Origin: Alphaproteobacteria bacterium
Lineage (GTDB): Bacteria; Pseudomonadota; Alphaproteobacteria; Sphingomonadales; Sphingomonadaceae
Length of the DNA: 34,865 nt
Direction: 5' to 3'
Assembly (NCBI GenBank): GCA_028869975.1
Contig: JAGWQR010000258.1
Span: 1-34,865, forward strand
The notes under the pieces were generated by a model. It saw only the letters and a program-made list of their open reading frames with translations. It was not told where the DNA came from and made no database searches. The position numbers and the translations under genes were made by a program. Positions 1-8,807 of the stretch are shown one piece after another (within the stretch, counting starts at the first letter, position 1; each line of letters opens with the position of its first letter).

Positions 1-604
1 CGATATTGTGGTGCGGCAGGCTGTGGTGAACGGCGGTGACGATCGCGTCATGCCGGTAGCGCCAGCGCGCTGACCTGATTCCGGCTTCATCGCGCGTTGG
101 CGACTGGCGGCCCTCGGCACCGATGAGCAGACGCGCCTTGATCTGGGTGCCATCGGAAAGGGTGGCACGCACTCCTGCTTCATCGCGCGTGACGTTGGTG
201 GCGCGGGTCAGGGGTTTGAAGGTCAGGTGTGGGGTGGTGTCTACAGCGCCGTGCAGCACCTGGCGCAGCACGCGGTTTTCGAGCATCATCCCGACAAAGG
301 AAAGATCGCCTGCGTCATGCGGCTTGGGCGTGAAATCGAGGCAATCCTTTTGAAGCCCGTCGCGCACCTCGATCCGCCTGATCGGGCAGGCCTCGGGCCG
401 CATGGCATCGGTCAGGCCAAGCGCGCCGAACATGGCCCAGGGCGCGCTCGCTATCGCACTCACCCGGCCATCAAAATTTGCGGAGAGTTGTGTTTGCGGT
501 TCTGCGGGATCGACGACGATGCTTGAAATACCGTGCCGGTCGAGCGCAATTGCAGTGGTCAGGCCAACCAGCCCGCCGCCGAGAATGAGAACATCCGTAT
601 TCAT
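1..604 (-). CDS. UbiH/UbiF/VisC/COQ6-family FAD-dependent monooxygenase, N-terminal ~201 codons (3' end runs off the window)
   Basis: Absent from the supplied ORF track because there is no stop inside the window. My translation of the minus strand from ATG 604-602 gives MNTDVLILGGGLVGLTTAIALDRHGISSIVVDPAEP...FDGRVSAIASAPW...ARLLIGAEGRQSPTRDEAG. This shows a GxGxxG FAD Rossmann motif plus the DGRVSA and LIGA(D/E)G motifs typical of ubiquinone ring hydroxylases. The frame stays open to position 1. Confidence 0.75.
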   Translation of the reverse strand, partial: MNTDVLILGGGLVGLTTAIALDRHGISSIVVDPAEPQTQLSANFDGRVSAIASAPWAMFGALGLTDAMRPEACPIRRIEVRDGLQKDCLDFTPKPHDAGDLSFVGMMLENRVLRQVLHGAVDTTPHLTFKPLTRATNVTRDEAGVRATLSDGTQIKARLLIGAEGRQSPTRDEAGIRSARWRYRHDAIVTAVHHSLPHHNI

Positions 605-674
605 CAACTCGTCGTATAGTCGATTCGCTTTGTCGCGTCACCGTCGCGACTCGCGTAATCAAGCCAAAAATTTA

Positions 675-704
675 TTGACGCAGAGTCCGCGTCAGGCGCA
701 ATAT
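675..704 (+). promoter_or_regulatory. Candidate sigma70-type promoter for ftsK (-35 TTGACG 675-680, 18-nt spacer, -10 CAATAT 699-704)
   Basis: Hexamers read directly in the divergent ubiH-like/ftsK intergenic region. A GACGC-N7-GCGTC palindrome overlaps the spacer. There is no experimental support. Confidence 0.3.
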
Positions 705-741
705 AGATGAAGGGGATATTTTGCCTCCCGGGAGACAGGCT

Positions 742-3033
742 ATGGCCGCGCGTACCGCCAATGCCGCGCCGCATTGGCGCCATCATATGAAGCAGGGTGC
801 ACTGCGCTCTGGCACGCTATTCGGTGCGCTGTTACTCGCGGTGGGATCGGTCATGATAGCACTTGCGCTCATGAGCTATCATCCCGGGGATGGTGCGCTC
901 AACACGGCAGCAGGCGAAACGGTGCGCAACTGGCTCAGCGTGCCTGGCGCGTGGGTGTCGGATATTCTGCTTTCACTGTTCGGGCCCGCAGTGGCGCTGG
1001 TGCTGCCCTTCATGCTGGTCCTTTCACGCAGGATGTGGCAGAACGTGCCGATAGGCAACTGGTTTCGACGCCTTTTGCTGGTGCTTCTGGGTGTGTCGCT
1101 CATCGATCTGCCGCTCACCGAAATTCATAGGGGCGCATTTGATGGACTGCCTTATGGGCTTGGCGGTGCGGCGGGGAGTCTGGGATCAGCCTTGCTTCAC
1201 TTCACGGGTCGTGCTTTCGGACAAAACCATATTGTCAGCATGATAGTCGATGGTGCGGCTTTCGCGGCTGCACTGGCGGGTGTAATGCTCTGGGCGCTCA
1301 GTCTGGGCCTGGATGCGCGTGATTATGATTGGTTGAAGGGCGCATCGAAGGCGAAAGCCAAGGCCCTGGCAGCACCCCAAAACGTCAGAACCGCAGAGCC
1401 GCCGCCGCCACGGATCGAGGTTCAGCAGGCCCGCTCGAAGCCAAAAATTTCGGATCGCAAACTTGCGGCCGCACCGCCAAAGGAAACAAAAGCGGGGCAG
1501 CAGATGCTCGATTTGCGCGACACCTATAATCTGCCGCCGCTCAGCTTGCTCTCGCCGGCGCCGCCTTCCGCCGCCGTTCCGCTCGACAAGGCTGGGCTGG
1601 AGCGCAATGCGCGGCTGCTCGAATCGGTGCTCGATGATTTTCATGTCAAGGGGGCGATCACCGAAGTCCGCCCCGGCCCGGTCGTCACAATGTATGAACT
1701 CGAACCCGCGAGCGGCATCAAGGCGAGCCGGGTCATTCAGCTTGCCGATGATATTGCACGCAACATGTCGGCGCTGTCGGCGCGGGTCGCCACCATTCCG
1801 GGGCGCTCGGTGATCGGGATCGAACTGCCCAATATGAAGCGCGAGGGCGTGGTGCTGCATGAACTTGTGGCATCCCAGGCCTTTGCCGACATGAACGCGC
1901 AACTGCCGATCATATTGGGCAAGAATATCGCGGGCGATCCGGTGATTGCTGATCTCGCCCCCATGCCACACCTGCTGGTCGCGGGCACAACCGGCTCGGG
2001 TAAATCGGTGGGCCTGAACGCGATGATCGTGTCACTGCTCTACCGCCTGACGCCCGAGCAGTGCAAACTCATCCTGATTGATCCGAAGATGCTGGAGTTG
2101 AGCATTTATGACGATATTCCCCACCTGCTCGCCCCTGTAGTCACAGAACCGCCCAAGGCGATCCGCGCGCTCAAATGGGCGGTCGAGCAGATGGAGGATC
2201 GTTACCGGATGATGGCCTCATTGGGTGTGCGCGGGCTTGCCGGCTATAACGACAAGGTGCGCGCGGCCAAAGCCAAGGGGCAAACACTGGGTCGCAAGGT
2301 GCAGACCGGCTATGATGCCGACACTGGCCTGCCGCTTTATGAGGAAGAGCAGCTCGATTATAAAATCCTCCCCCAGATCGTCATCGTGGTTGATGAGCTT
2401 GCCGACCTGATGATGACGGCGGGCAAGGAGGTTGAATTCCTCATCCAGCGGCTGGCGCAGAAAGCGCGCGCGGCGGGCATCCACCTCATCATGGCGACGC
2501 AGCGGCCTTCGGTTGACGTTATCACCGGTGTTATCAAGGCGAACCTGCCGACACGGATCAGCTTTGCGGTGACGAGTAAAATCGACAGCCGCACCATCCT
2601 GGGCGAGCAGGGCGCGGAGCAACTGCTCGGCAAGGGCGACATGCTCTATATGCCGGGCGGCAAGCAGATCGCGCGCGTCCATGGCCCGTTTGTGAGCGAT
2701 GACGAGGTGCGCAAGATCGCCGATCATTGGCGCGCGCAGGGCGCACCCGAATATATCAGCGCGGTCACCGAGGAGCCAGAAGAGGGAAGCTGGAGCATGG
2801 ATGGCGCGCCGACCGGCGAGGAATCGGCCGACGATGTTCTGTTCCGCAAGGCGGTGCAGGTGGTGGCGGAAAGCCAGAAGGCGAGCGTCTCTTATGTGCA
2901 GCGTCAGTTGCGCGTGGGGTATAACTCGGCGGCACGCCTCATCGAGCGGATGGAAGCCCAAGGGCTGGTCGGGCGGCCTGACCATGTAGGCCGCCGCGAA
3001 GTGCTGATGGATACCGAGGGGCGTCCGCTTTAG
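742..3033 (+). CDS. ftsK: DNA translocase FtsK
   Basis: N-terminal polytopic membrane region and a Pro/Lys/Ala-rich linker. Motor domain with Walker A (VAGTTGSGKSVGLNAMI) and Walker B (IVIVVDELADLMM). C-terminal winged-helix gamma domain (SVSYVQRQLRVGYNSAARLIERME). I prefer ATG 742, preceded by GGGAGA with a 6-nt spacer, over the track's TTG at 721. Confidence 0.95.
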   Translation: MAARTANAAPHWRHHMKQGALRSGTLFGALLLAVGSVMIALALMSYHPGDGALNTAAGETVRNWLSVPGAWVSDILLSLFGPAVALVLPFMLVLSRRMWQNVPIGNWFRRLLLVLLGVSLIDLPLTEIHRGAFDGLPYGLGGAAGSLGSALLHFTGRAFGQNHIVSMIVDGAAFAAALAGVMLWALSLGLDARDYDWLKGASKAKAKALAAPQNVRTAEPPPPRIEVQQARSKPKISDRKLAAAPPKETKAGQQMLDLRDTYNLPPLSLLSPAPPSAAVPLDKAGLERNARLLESVLDDFHVKGAITEVRPGPVVTMYELEPASGIKASRVIQLADDIARNMSALSARVATIPGRSVIGIELPNMKREGVVLHELVASQAFADMNAQLPIILGKNIAGDPVIADLAPMPHLLVAGTTGSGKSVGLNAMIVSLLYRLTPEQCKLILIDPKMLELSIYDDIPHLLAPVVTEPPKAIRALKWAVEQMEDRYRMMASLGVRGLAGYNDKVRAAKAKGQTLGRKVQTGYDADTGLPLYEEEQLDYKILPQIVIVVDELADLMMTAGKEVEFLIQRLAQKARAAGIHLIMATQRPSVDVITGVIKANLPTRISFAVTSKIDSRTILGEQGAEQLLGKGDMLYMPGGKQIARVHGPFVSDDEVRKIADHWRAQGAPEYISAVTEEPEEGSWSMDGAPTGEESADDVLFRKAVQVVAESQKASVSYVQRQLRVGYNSAARLIERMEAQGLVGRPDHVGRREVLMDTEGRPL

Positions 3034-3036
3034 GGG

Positions 3037-4391
3037 TTAGAAACCAAAAAGCCGGCGCAGTCGGCGGGTAATAGCGCCGCGCGTGTTCATCCACGCCTCA
3101 TAGTCGCGGTAGACCGGGTCGGCGCGCAGATGCCATTCCTCGGTGCGCGCGCGCCAGTAATACACGCCCGACACGCAGGCCATGATGATCGTGTTGCGCA
3201 CCGCATCCTTCCAGTCGCTGGTCACGATAAACGGCAAAGTTTCCAGCCACCAGAACAGGTTTTTGCTCAAGTAAGCCGGGTGCTTGCTGAACGCATAAGG
3301 CCCATGGGTGAGAATGCCCCGATCAGTCAGGTTGGAAAAGCGGATGCCAAACGCCATCGTCGCCCAAGCATAAATGCCGGTAAGCACGACGAGGACGACG
3401 CACCAGATGTTCATCAGCGCGCTGACAATGCCCTGCCAATGCGCCGAAACCGGCGTATCGCGCAGCCAGAAAATCCAGTCGCGCGTGTTGACATGATAAT
3501 CGAGCGGCCCGCCCCCCCCATCAGCACGAACGGCGGATAGCAAATGAGCGCCGCCACCCAGCCCGCCGCATAGGGCGTGGCGGAGCGGATATGCGCATCG
3601 AGCGGCTTCAGGGTGAGCAGATAGCCGGTGGTTGCCAGCCCCATGTCGATCACAAACATGAAACTGACCAGCCACAGCGCCAGATGTGTCGAATGGGCGA
3701 CAATATCATCCCAGGGTTCGAGCACGACGTTGGCGTAACCGCCCGGCACACCCGCGATCATAAACGCCAGAAAAAAAACCTTTACAGCCCAGGCGCGCAG
3801 GTGGCGGTTGATCTTTTCCCAGTCGGGTGCGGTCTCGCCCATCAGCCAGGCCCCGAACGCCCAGGTTTCATCATGTGGATCGGCACTGCGCGTATCCGAC
3901 CAGAAAATATACGGAATCGAGAGCAGAAACATCCAGGCGTAGACCGGAATATAGAGAAATCTGGCCTCCATGACGTCGATCACGAAGGCGTAGGAGCCGG
4001 TATGATACCAGCGCGCGGTCCAATACACAGCACCAATCAGCAGCCAGGTTGTCCATAATCCGGCGAGCCGGGTGAGCGAAACCGGCAGGGTCTCGCGCAA
4101 TTTTCTGGCCGGAATGTCCCAGTTTATGCCGGTGGTCGGGCGGCGATGCACCTTATCGACAAAAACCGACCACAGCATCATCGACACGCCAGCGGCGGCG
4201 ACACTGCCCAAAGCATACCACTTTCCGCCAAAATCCGTCACATGCAGCTGGGCATTGAGCCAGCGCGCGCCGGCCACCCAGACGAGCAGCCCGGCCAGCC
4301 CGATCCAGCCCACGCCGCTCGAAACGGCGCTCGCCGGCCGGGTCATTTTATTGAGATTTGCGTGTGTTTCAGGGGATGTCTGCATGTCCAT
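3037..4391 (-). pseudogene. Polytopic membrane protein with a C-terminal ICMT/PEMT-like methyltransferase domain, interrupted by a 1-nt frameshift at a homopolymer
   Basis: Track ORFs 3414..4391 and 3037..3675 overlap in different frames. Protein-like sequence switches frame exactly at the G8 run (coding strand). Adding one G reads ...ALICYPPFVLMGGGGPLDYHVNTRDWIFWL... The downstream part carries THGPYAFSKHPAYLSKNLFWW, resembling the GPYxxxRHPxY motif of isoprenylcysteine/phospholipid methyltransferases. After the tract the upstream frame turns Arg-rich with rare codons (ata, agg, gga, tca). Alternative reading: two genes coupled at a TGATG junction at 3412-3416. Confidence 0.6.
3512..3519. 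repeat. C8 homopolymer (G8 on the coding strand) at the frameshift point
   Basis: Counted directly: ...cggccc g cccccccc atcag... with 8 C at 3512-3519. A run of 9 would restore a single reading frame. Confidence 0.9.
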
Positions 4392-4675
4392 TCGCCTGCG
4401 TTAACAGATCAGGGTTAGCATCTGGTTAAGCGATATGCGCTGTCCTGCGCGCGCATTCTGCTATAGTGGATTGCATAAATGCTTTCCAACACCTGTCCGG
4501 AACCTGGAGAGTGATTTTCCAACAAAGCGCAGTTTTCAGCCCTTTTTTGAATCAGGTACGTGCTGCTTGCCGATGGGTTGCACGCGATTCGATGTCGTTT
4601 ACGTTCGATTCGACGCTGATACTGGTGCTTTTTTTGAGTTTCGAGCCTCGGTTAACACCTCCCAAGTGATTGTGA

Positions 4676-4704
4676 TTGTGTAACATCGTGAAACTTGATA
4701 ATAT
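4676..4704 (+). promoter_or_regulatory. Candidate promoter for the orphan gene (-35 TTGTGT 4676-4681, 17-nt spacer, -10 TAATAT 4699-4704 with upstream TG)
   Basis: Hexamers read in an AT-rich intergenic stretch. The AGGAG Shine-Dalgarno at 4758-4762 lies 6 nt before ATG 4769. Confidence 0.3.
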
Positions 4705-4768
4705 CAGTAATAGGGAGGTCCTGTGACTGCTTAGTAAACAAACCCCAATAGATAAACAGGAGTAGATC

Positions 4769-5383
4769 ATGACATTCAGGAACATCACTATTCGCTCTAT
4801 TGCGATTATAAGTCTTTCCTGCGCGGCAAGCGGTGCCAACAGCCAGCCAGTATCATCGATCCATGTAACAGCACATCCACAGACGGAGAGTGATTCGAGG
4901 ATGTCTGCGCTCAGTCAGCAGATGAATGCCCTCCACCAGAGTCTTGCACCAAGTCCAAGACCACAGGCCATGGCAGCACCCGCGCTTGGCGCTTCGCATA
5001 TTGCATCGGTTAATCCCAGCCAGCTTGCCCTTGCCGGCTTACCGCCAAGCACGGCTCAGCAACTTGCGCAACTGACCGCAACCGTCAATTCATTAAAATT
5101 GGCACTCGTGCAGGATGAGCAGACAATCCAGGCGCTCCAGCAAAGCTTGACGAATGAAGAATTGATCGAATGGGGCGACAAAAATCAGATGATTACAAAT
5201 CTGCAGACGGTGAGTGACAACCTGACCCAGTTTGAATCCGCGACGCGCGCTGGACTTGATGAGGATGCCATGGGGGCCATGGAAGGATTCGGGCTTGCCT
5301 GCACCGCCGTGAGTTACACGAAAGATTCTAATCAGCAGGCAGATTTCAAGGCCTATACAGGATCAGAGCATTGTGGCCCTTAA
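4769..5383 (+). CDS. Hypothetical secreted protein (signal peptide, Gln-rich predicted coiled coil, two C-terminal Cys); no family recognised
   Basis: 204-aa ORF with a good SD. N-terminus MTFRNITIRSIAIISLSCAASGANS looks like a Sec or lipoprotein signal. The central QQLAQLTATVNSLKLALVQDEQTIQALQQSL is heptad-like. Codon usage is A/T-ending and rich in rare codons (agt, aga, agg, cca, gca), unlike its neighbours. Confidence 0.6.
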   Translation: MTFRNITIRSIAIISLSCAASGANSQPVSSIHVTAHPQTESDSRMSALSQQMNALHQSLAPSPRPQAMAAPALGASHIASVNPSQLALAGLPPSTAQQLAQLTATVNSLKLALVQDEQTIQALQQSLTNEELIEWGDKNQMITNLQTVSDNLTQFESATRAGLDEDAMGAMEGFGLACTAVSYTKDSNQQADFKAYTGSEHCGP

Positions 5384-5413
5384 TGCATACGCACCGCCCC
5401 GGCTGAAGCGCGC

Positions 5414-7990
5414 TTACCGCGCCAGCCCTTTCAGCCGGTAGAGCGCCTCCAGCGCATCACGCGGGGAGAGCGCATCAACATCGAGCGCCCCCAAAGCGGC
5501 GTGCAGCGGATCGGGCTTATGCTCTTCCACGACACAAGCAAAGAGCGGCAGATCATCCAGCCCCGCCGCGAGCCCGCCGGTTCTGGCGCGGCCCGCCTCC
5601 AGCCTGGCGAGCACGGCCTTGGCACGCGCGAGCACGGCAGGCAGCACGCCGGCAAGGCGCGCGACCGCAATGCCATAGGAGCGATCCGCCGGGCCGGCCG
5701 CCACCTCATGCAGCAGCACCAGATCGCCCTTATGCTCGGTGGCGCGGACGTGGGCGTTGGCGAGGCTGGGGAGGGTTTCGGCCAGGCGGGTGAGTTCGTG
5801 ATAATGGGTGGCGAACAGGCAGCGGCAGGCGTTAACTTCGTGTATGGCTTCCACCACCGCCCAGGCAATCGCCAGGCCATCATAGGTGGAGGTGCCGCGC
5901 CCGACCTCATCCAGAATGACGAGCGAGTTGGGTGTCGCCTGCGCCAGGATGGCGGCGGTTTCTACCATTTCGACCATGAAGGTCGAGCGCCCGCGCGCGA
6001 GATTATCGGATGCGCCAACGCGGGAGAAGAGCTTGTCCACCAGCCCGAGCGTGGCGGCTTTGGCGGGCACGAAGCTGCCCATCTGCGCGAGCACAGCGAT
6101 GAGCGCATTCTGGCGCAAAAAGGTTGATTTGCCGCCCATGTTCGGCCCGGTGATGAGCCAGAGCCGTTGGTCAGGGGTGAGCGCGCAATCATTGGCCACG
6201 AACGCGCCGCCCTGCTGGCGCAGCGCTGCTTCGACGACTGGATGCCGCCCGGCTTCGATGCTGAACACCGGCGCAGGCACAAAATGGGGCCGCACCCAAT
6301 CCCCCTCCACCGCGCGCTCGGCGAGGGCGGCGGCCACATCGAGCCGGGCGAGCGCATCGGCTGTGGCCGCAATCTCGTGGCGGCGGGCAAGGGCTTGTGT
6401 CACCAGCGCTTCGAAATGCGCGGCCTCGGCGGCGAGGGCGTGCGCCCCGGCCTGGGTGATTTTCACGGCGATCTCGTGCAGTTCGGGAGTATTGAAGCGC
6501 ACCGCCCCCGCCATCGTCTGGCGGTGGGTGAAGCCCGAGTCTGCCTTCATCAAGGGATCGGCGGATTTCGCGGGCACTTCGATATGATACCCCAGCACAT
6601 TATTATGCCTGATTTTGAGCGTGGGGACGTTGGTGCGCGCGCGCAACTGCGCCTCCAGCGCGGCCAACGCCCTGCGACCATCGCTGCTGAGCGCACGCAA
6701 TTCATCGAGCGCGGCATCATAGCCGGGCGCGATAAAGCCGCCGTCTTTGGGATCGAGCGGCGGTGTTTCAACCAGCGCGCGCTTGAACTGCGCCACCAGT
6801 GCGCCATGGCCTTCAAGCGCGGGGAGCAGCGCGCAAAGCAGTGCGGGCGGGTAGGCCGCCTGCCCCAGTCGCTCGCGCAGCAGCCGCGCCTGCCCCAGTC
6901 CGTCGCGCAACGCCCCGAGATCACGCGGGGAACCCCGCTCCGCGACCAGCCGCCCGAGTGCGCGGGCAATATCAGGGAGCGCCTTCAATTCGGCACGCAG
7001 GCCTGCGCGCGCCAGGCTATCGCCCGCATAATGGCCGACCAGATCAAGCCGTGCCATAATCGCGTCCGTATCGCACAGCGGGGCGGAAAGATCAGCCGCG
7101 AGCAGCCGCGCGCCCGCGCCGGTCAATGTGCGGTCGAGATTATCAAGCAGGCTGCCTTTGCGCGCGCCCTCCGGCGTGCGGGTGAGTTCAAGGCTGGCGC
7201 GCGTGGCGGCGTCAATCGCCATATGGCCGGTGCCTGTGCGCGATAGCGGCGCGCTCAGAAACGGCAGGCGCCCGCGCCCGACATGCTCCAGATACGCCAT
7301 CAGACCACCCGCCGCCGCCAGTTCGTTCCGCGTGAAGTCGGCTGAGGCGAACAGCGTGGCCAGTTTCTCGGCGGCGCGCTGCGTATCAAAATCGGCACGC
7401 GGGCGCAGCGTTGCCCCGGCGCGCACAAAGCCTTCGGGGGCGATAATTTCACCCGCTGATAGCCGCGCGAGTTCGGCATCGAGCGCATCCGCGCCAAGCT
7501 CCACCAGCTCAAATCGCCCGGTTGAAATATCCGCCGCCGCCAGCCCGATTTTGCCACCTACTTCGCACACCGCCACCAGCCAGTTGGAGGTGCGCGCCTC
7601 AAGCAGCGCCTCCTCGGTCAGCGTGCCGGCGGTGACGAAGCGGATGATGTCGCATGCGACCAGCGCCTTTGCGCCACCACGCGCCTTGGCCGCTTCGGGC
7701 GTTTCGACCTGCTCGGCAATCGCGACCCGGTGCCCGGCCTTGATGAGGCGGGCGAGATAGGCCTCGGCGGCATGAACTGGCACCCCGCACATCGGGACAG
7801 GCGCGCCCTGATGCGTGCCACGTGCGGTGAGCGCAATATCGAGCACCGCGCTTGCCACCTTGGCATCATCATGGAACAGCTCGAAAAAATCGCCCATCCG
7901 GTAGAAGAGCAGGCAATCGCGCGCCTGTGCCTTCAATTCAAAATACTGCGCCATCATCGGGGTTATGGGGGCGGGTGCGGCGTCAGCCAT
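5414..7990 (-). CDS. mutS: DNA mismatch repair protein MutS
   Basis: 858 aa. N-terminal TPMMAQYFELK...FYRMGDFFELF mismatch-binding motif, Walker A ITGPNMGGKSTFLRQ, and DEVGRGTSTYDGLAIA. Confidence 0.97.
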   Translation of the reverse strand: MADAAPAPITPMMAQYFELKAQARDCLLFYRMGDFFELFHDDAKVASAVLDIALTARGTHQGAPVPMCGVPVHAAEAYLARLIKAGHRVAIAEQVETPEAAKARGGAKALVACDIIRFVTAGTLTEEALLEARTSNWLVAVCEVGGKIGLAAADISTGRFELVELGADALDAELARLSAGEIIAPEGFVRAGATLRPRADFDTQRAAEKLATLFASADFTRNELAAAGGLMAYLEHVGRGRLPFLSAPLSRTGTGHMAIDAATRASLELTRTPEGARKGSLLDNLDRTLTGAGARLLAADLSAPLCDTDAIMARLDLVGHYAGDSLARAGLRAELKALPDIARALGRLVAERGSPRDLGALRDGLGQARLLRERLGQAAYPPALLCALLPALEGHGALVAQFKRALVETPPLDPKDGGFIAPGYDAALDELRALSSDGRRALAALEAQLRARTNVPTLKIRHNNVLGYHIEVPAKSADPLMKADSGFTHRQTMAGAVRFNTPELHEIAVKITQAGAHALAAEAAHFEALVTQALARRHEIAATADALARLDVAAALAERAVEGDWVRPHFVPAPVFSIEAGRHPVVEAALRQQGGAFVANDCALTPDQRLWLITGPNMGGKSTFLRQNALIAVLAQMGSFVPAKAATLGLVDKLFSRVGASDNLARGRSTFMVEMVETAAILAQATPNSLVILDEVGRGTSTYDGLAIAWAVVEAIHEVNACRCLFATHYHELTRLAETLPSLANAHVRATEHKGDLVLLHEVAAGPADRSYGIAVARLAGVLPAVLARAKAVLARLEAGRARTGGLAAGLDDLPLFACVVEEHKPDPLHAALGALDVDALSPRDALEALYRLKGLAR

Positions 7991-8735
7991 GCGGGGTCTT
8001 TGCTGGCGTGGGCGTGGTCACGATAATCATGGTACCGAGATTATCGCCCGTCTGCTGGCTCCAGCCGGCTTCGGGCAGCCGGGCCTGGCTGATCGCGCCA
8101 TCGAGATAGAGGGCATTCTCGCAACCCTCATGCTGGAAATGCGCGGCAAAGTCATAGAAGCTGATCGGTTGTTTCGACATCGAGAGGATGACCTTGCCAT
8201 CGGCACGCACGCACACACCATTACGCACATTGAGATTGGCCGAGCGGCGGTGGAACGCATCGTTGATCTTGCCGTCGATCACCAGCATCGGCCCGGACTG
8301 GGTGGCATATTGGATATTGGGATCGGGTGAATAATCCTGGGTCTTGATGATGTCGGCGCGGTGATCGCGGGTGAGCACAAAAATACCGTTGGGCGGGATC
8401 GCAAAATTGCCCTGTCCGCTGTGCGTGTTGAGTTTGTGCAGGCGCTGGCCGTTTTCCATATAAAGGCCGAGCGGCACATAATCTGGCGTGAACATGCCGC
8501 CATTCATTGCGAACCGCACAGTGTGTCCCTGGTCAGAAATGTCCTGCGTGACCGCATCAAAACTGTCATAGCGGTCGCCATCACTATCTTTCCACACCAT
8601 GCGGATGTCATCCTTGGCAGGATCAAGCATGAGTTCGACAAACTGGCTTGTTTCGGGCTTTGCGGAGCAAGCCGCCAAAAGCATCAGATGCAGGACAATT
8701 GTATGCCCTGCGCGAACAAATTGCTGCCTATTCAT
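7983..8735 (-). CDS. Phosphodiester glycosidase (DUF2233/NAGPA-like) family lipoprotein
   Basis: 250 aa. Lipobox-like LLAAC signal. Motifs AMNGGMF, ATQSGPMLVIDGK, NGVCVRADGKVIL and ALYLDGAIS match my recollection of the DUF2233 pattern. Its stop overlaps the mutS ATG by 8 nt. Confidence 0.7.
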   Translation of the reverse strand: MNRQQFVRAGHTIVLHLMLLAACSAKPETSQFVELMLDPAKDDIRMVWKDSDGDRYDSFDAVTQDISDQGHTVRFAMNGGMFTPDYVPLGLYMENGQRLHKLNTHSGQGNFAIPPNGIFVLTRDHRADIIKTQDYSPDPNIQYATQSGPMLVIDGKINDAFHRRSANLNVRNGVCVRADGKVILSMSKQPISFYDFAAHFQHEGCENALYLDGAISQARLPEAGWSQQTGDNLGTMIIVTTPTPAKTPHG

Positions 8736-8807
8736 ATTTCAGGTTGCCGCAAGGTTGTCATGATAGCGGCTTAGTGCTTAGAGACAGTGAGTGAAAGAGG
8801 ATAAACA

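Noticed and set aside
4586-4616. tRNA T-loop-like GTTCGATTCGA sequence in the low-GC spacer
   Set aside because: No flanking complementary T-stem, acceptor stem or anticodon arm could be built. It is a direct repeat of GATTCGA, not a cloverleaf.
6859-6900. 13-nt direct repeat GCCTGCCCCAGTC twice within mutS
   Set aside because: It encodes a repeated LGQA peptide in frame. It is too short and isolated to indicate a mobile element or an array.
6167-7246. 359-aa plus-strand ORF (and several others, 5501-7760) inside mutS
   Set aside because: It is antisense to an unambiguous MutS and has an Arg/Gly-rich, non-protein-like translation.
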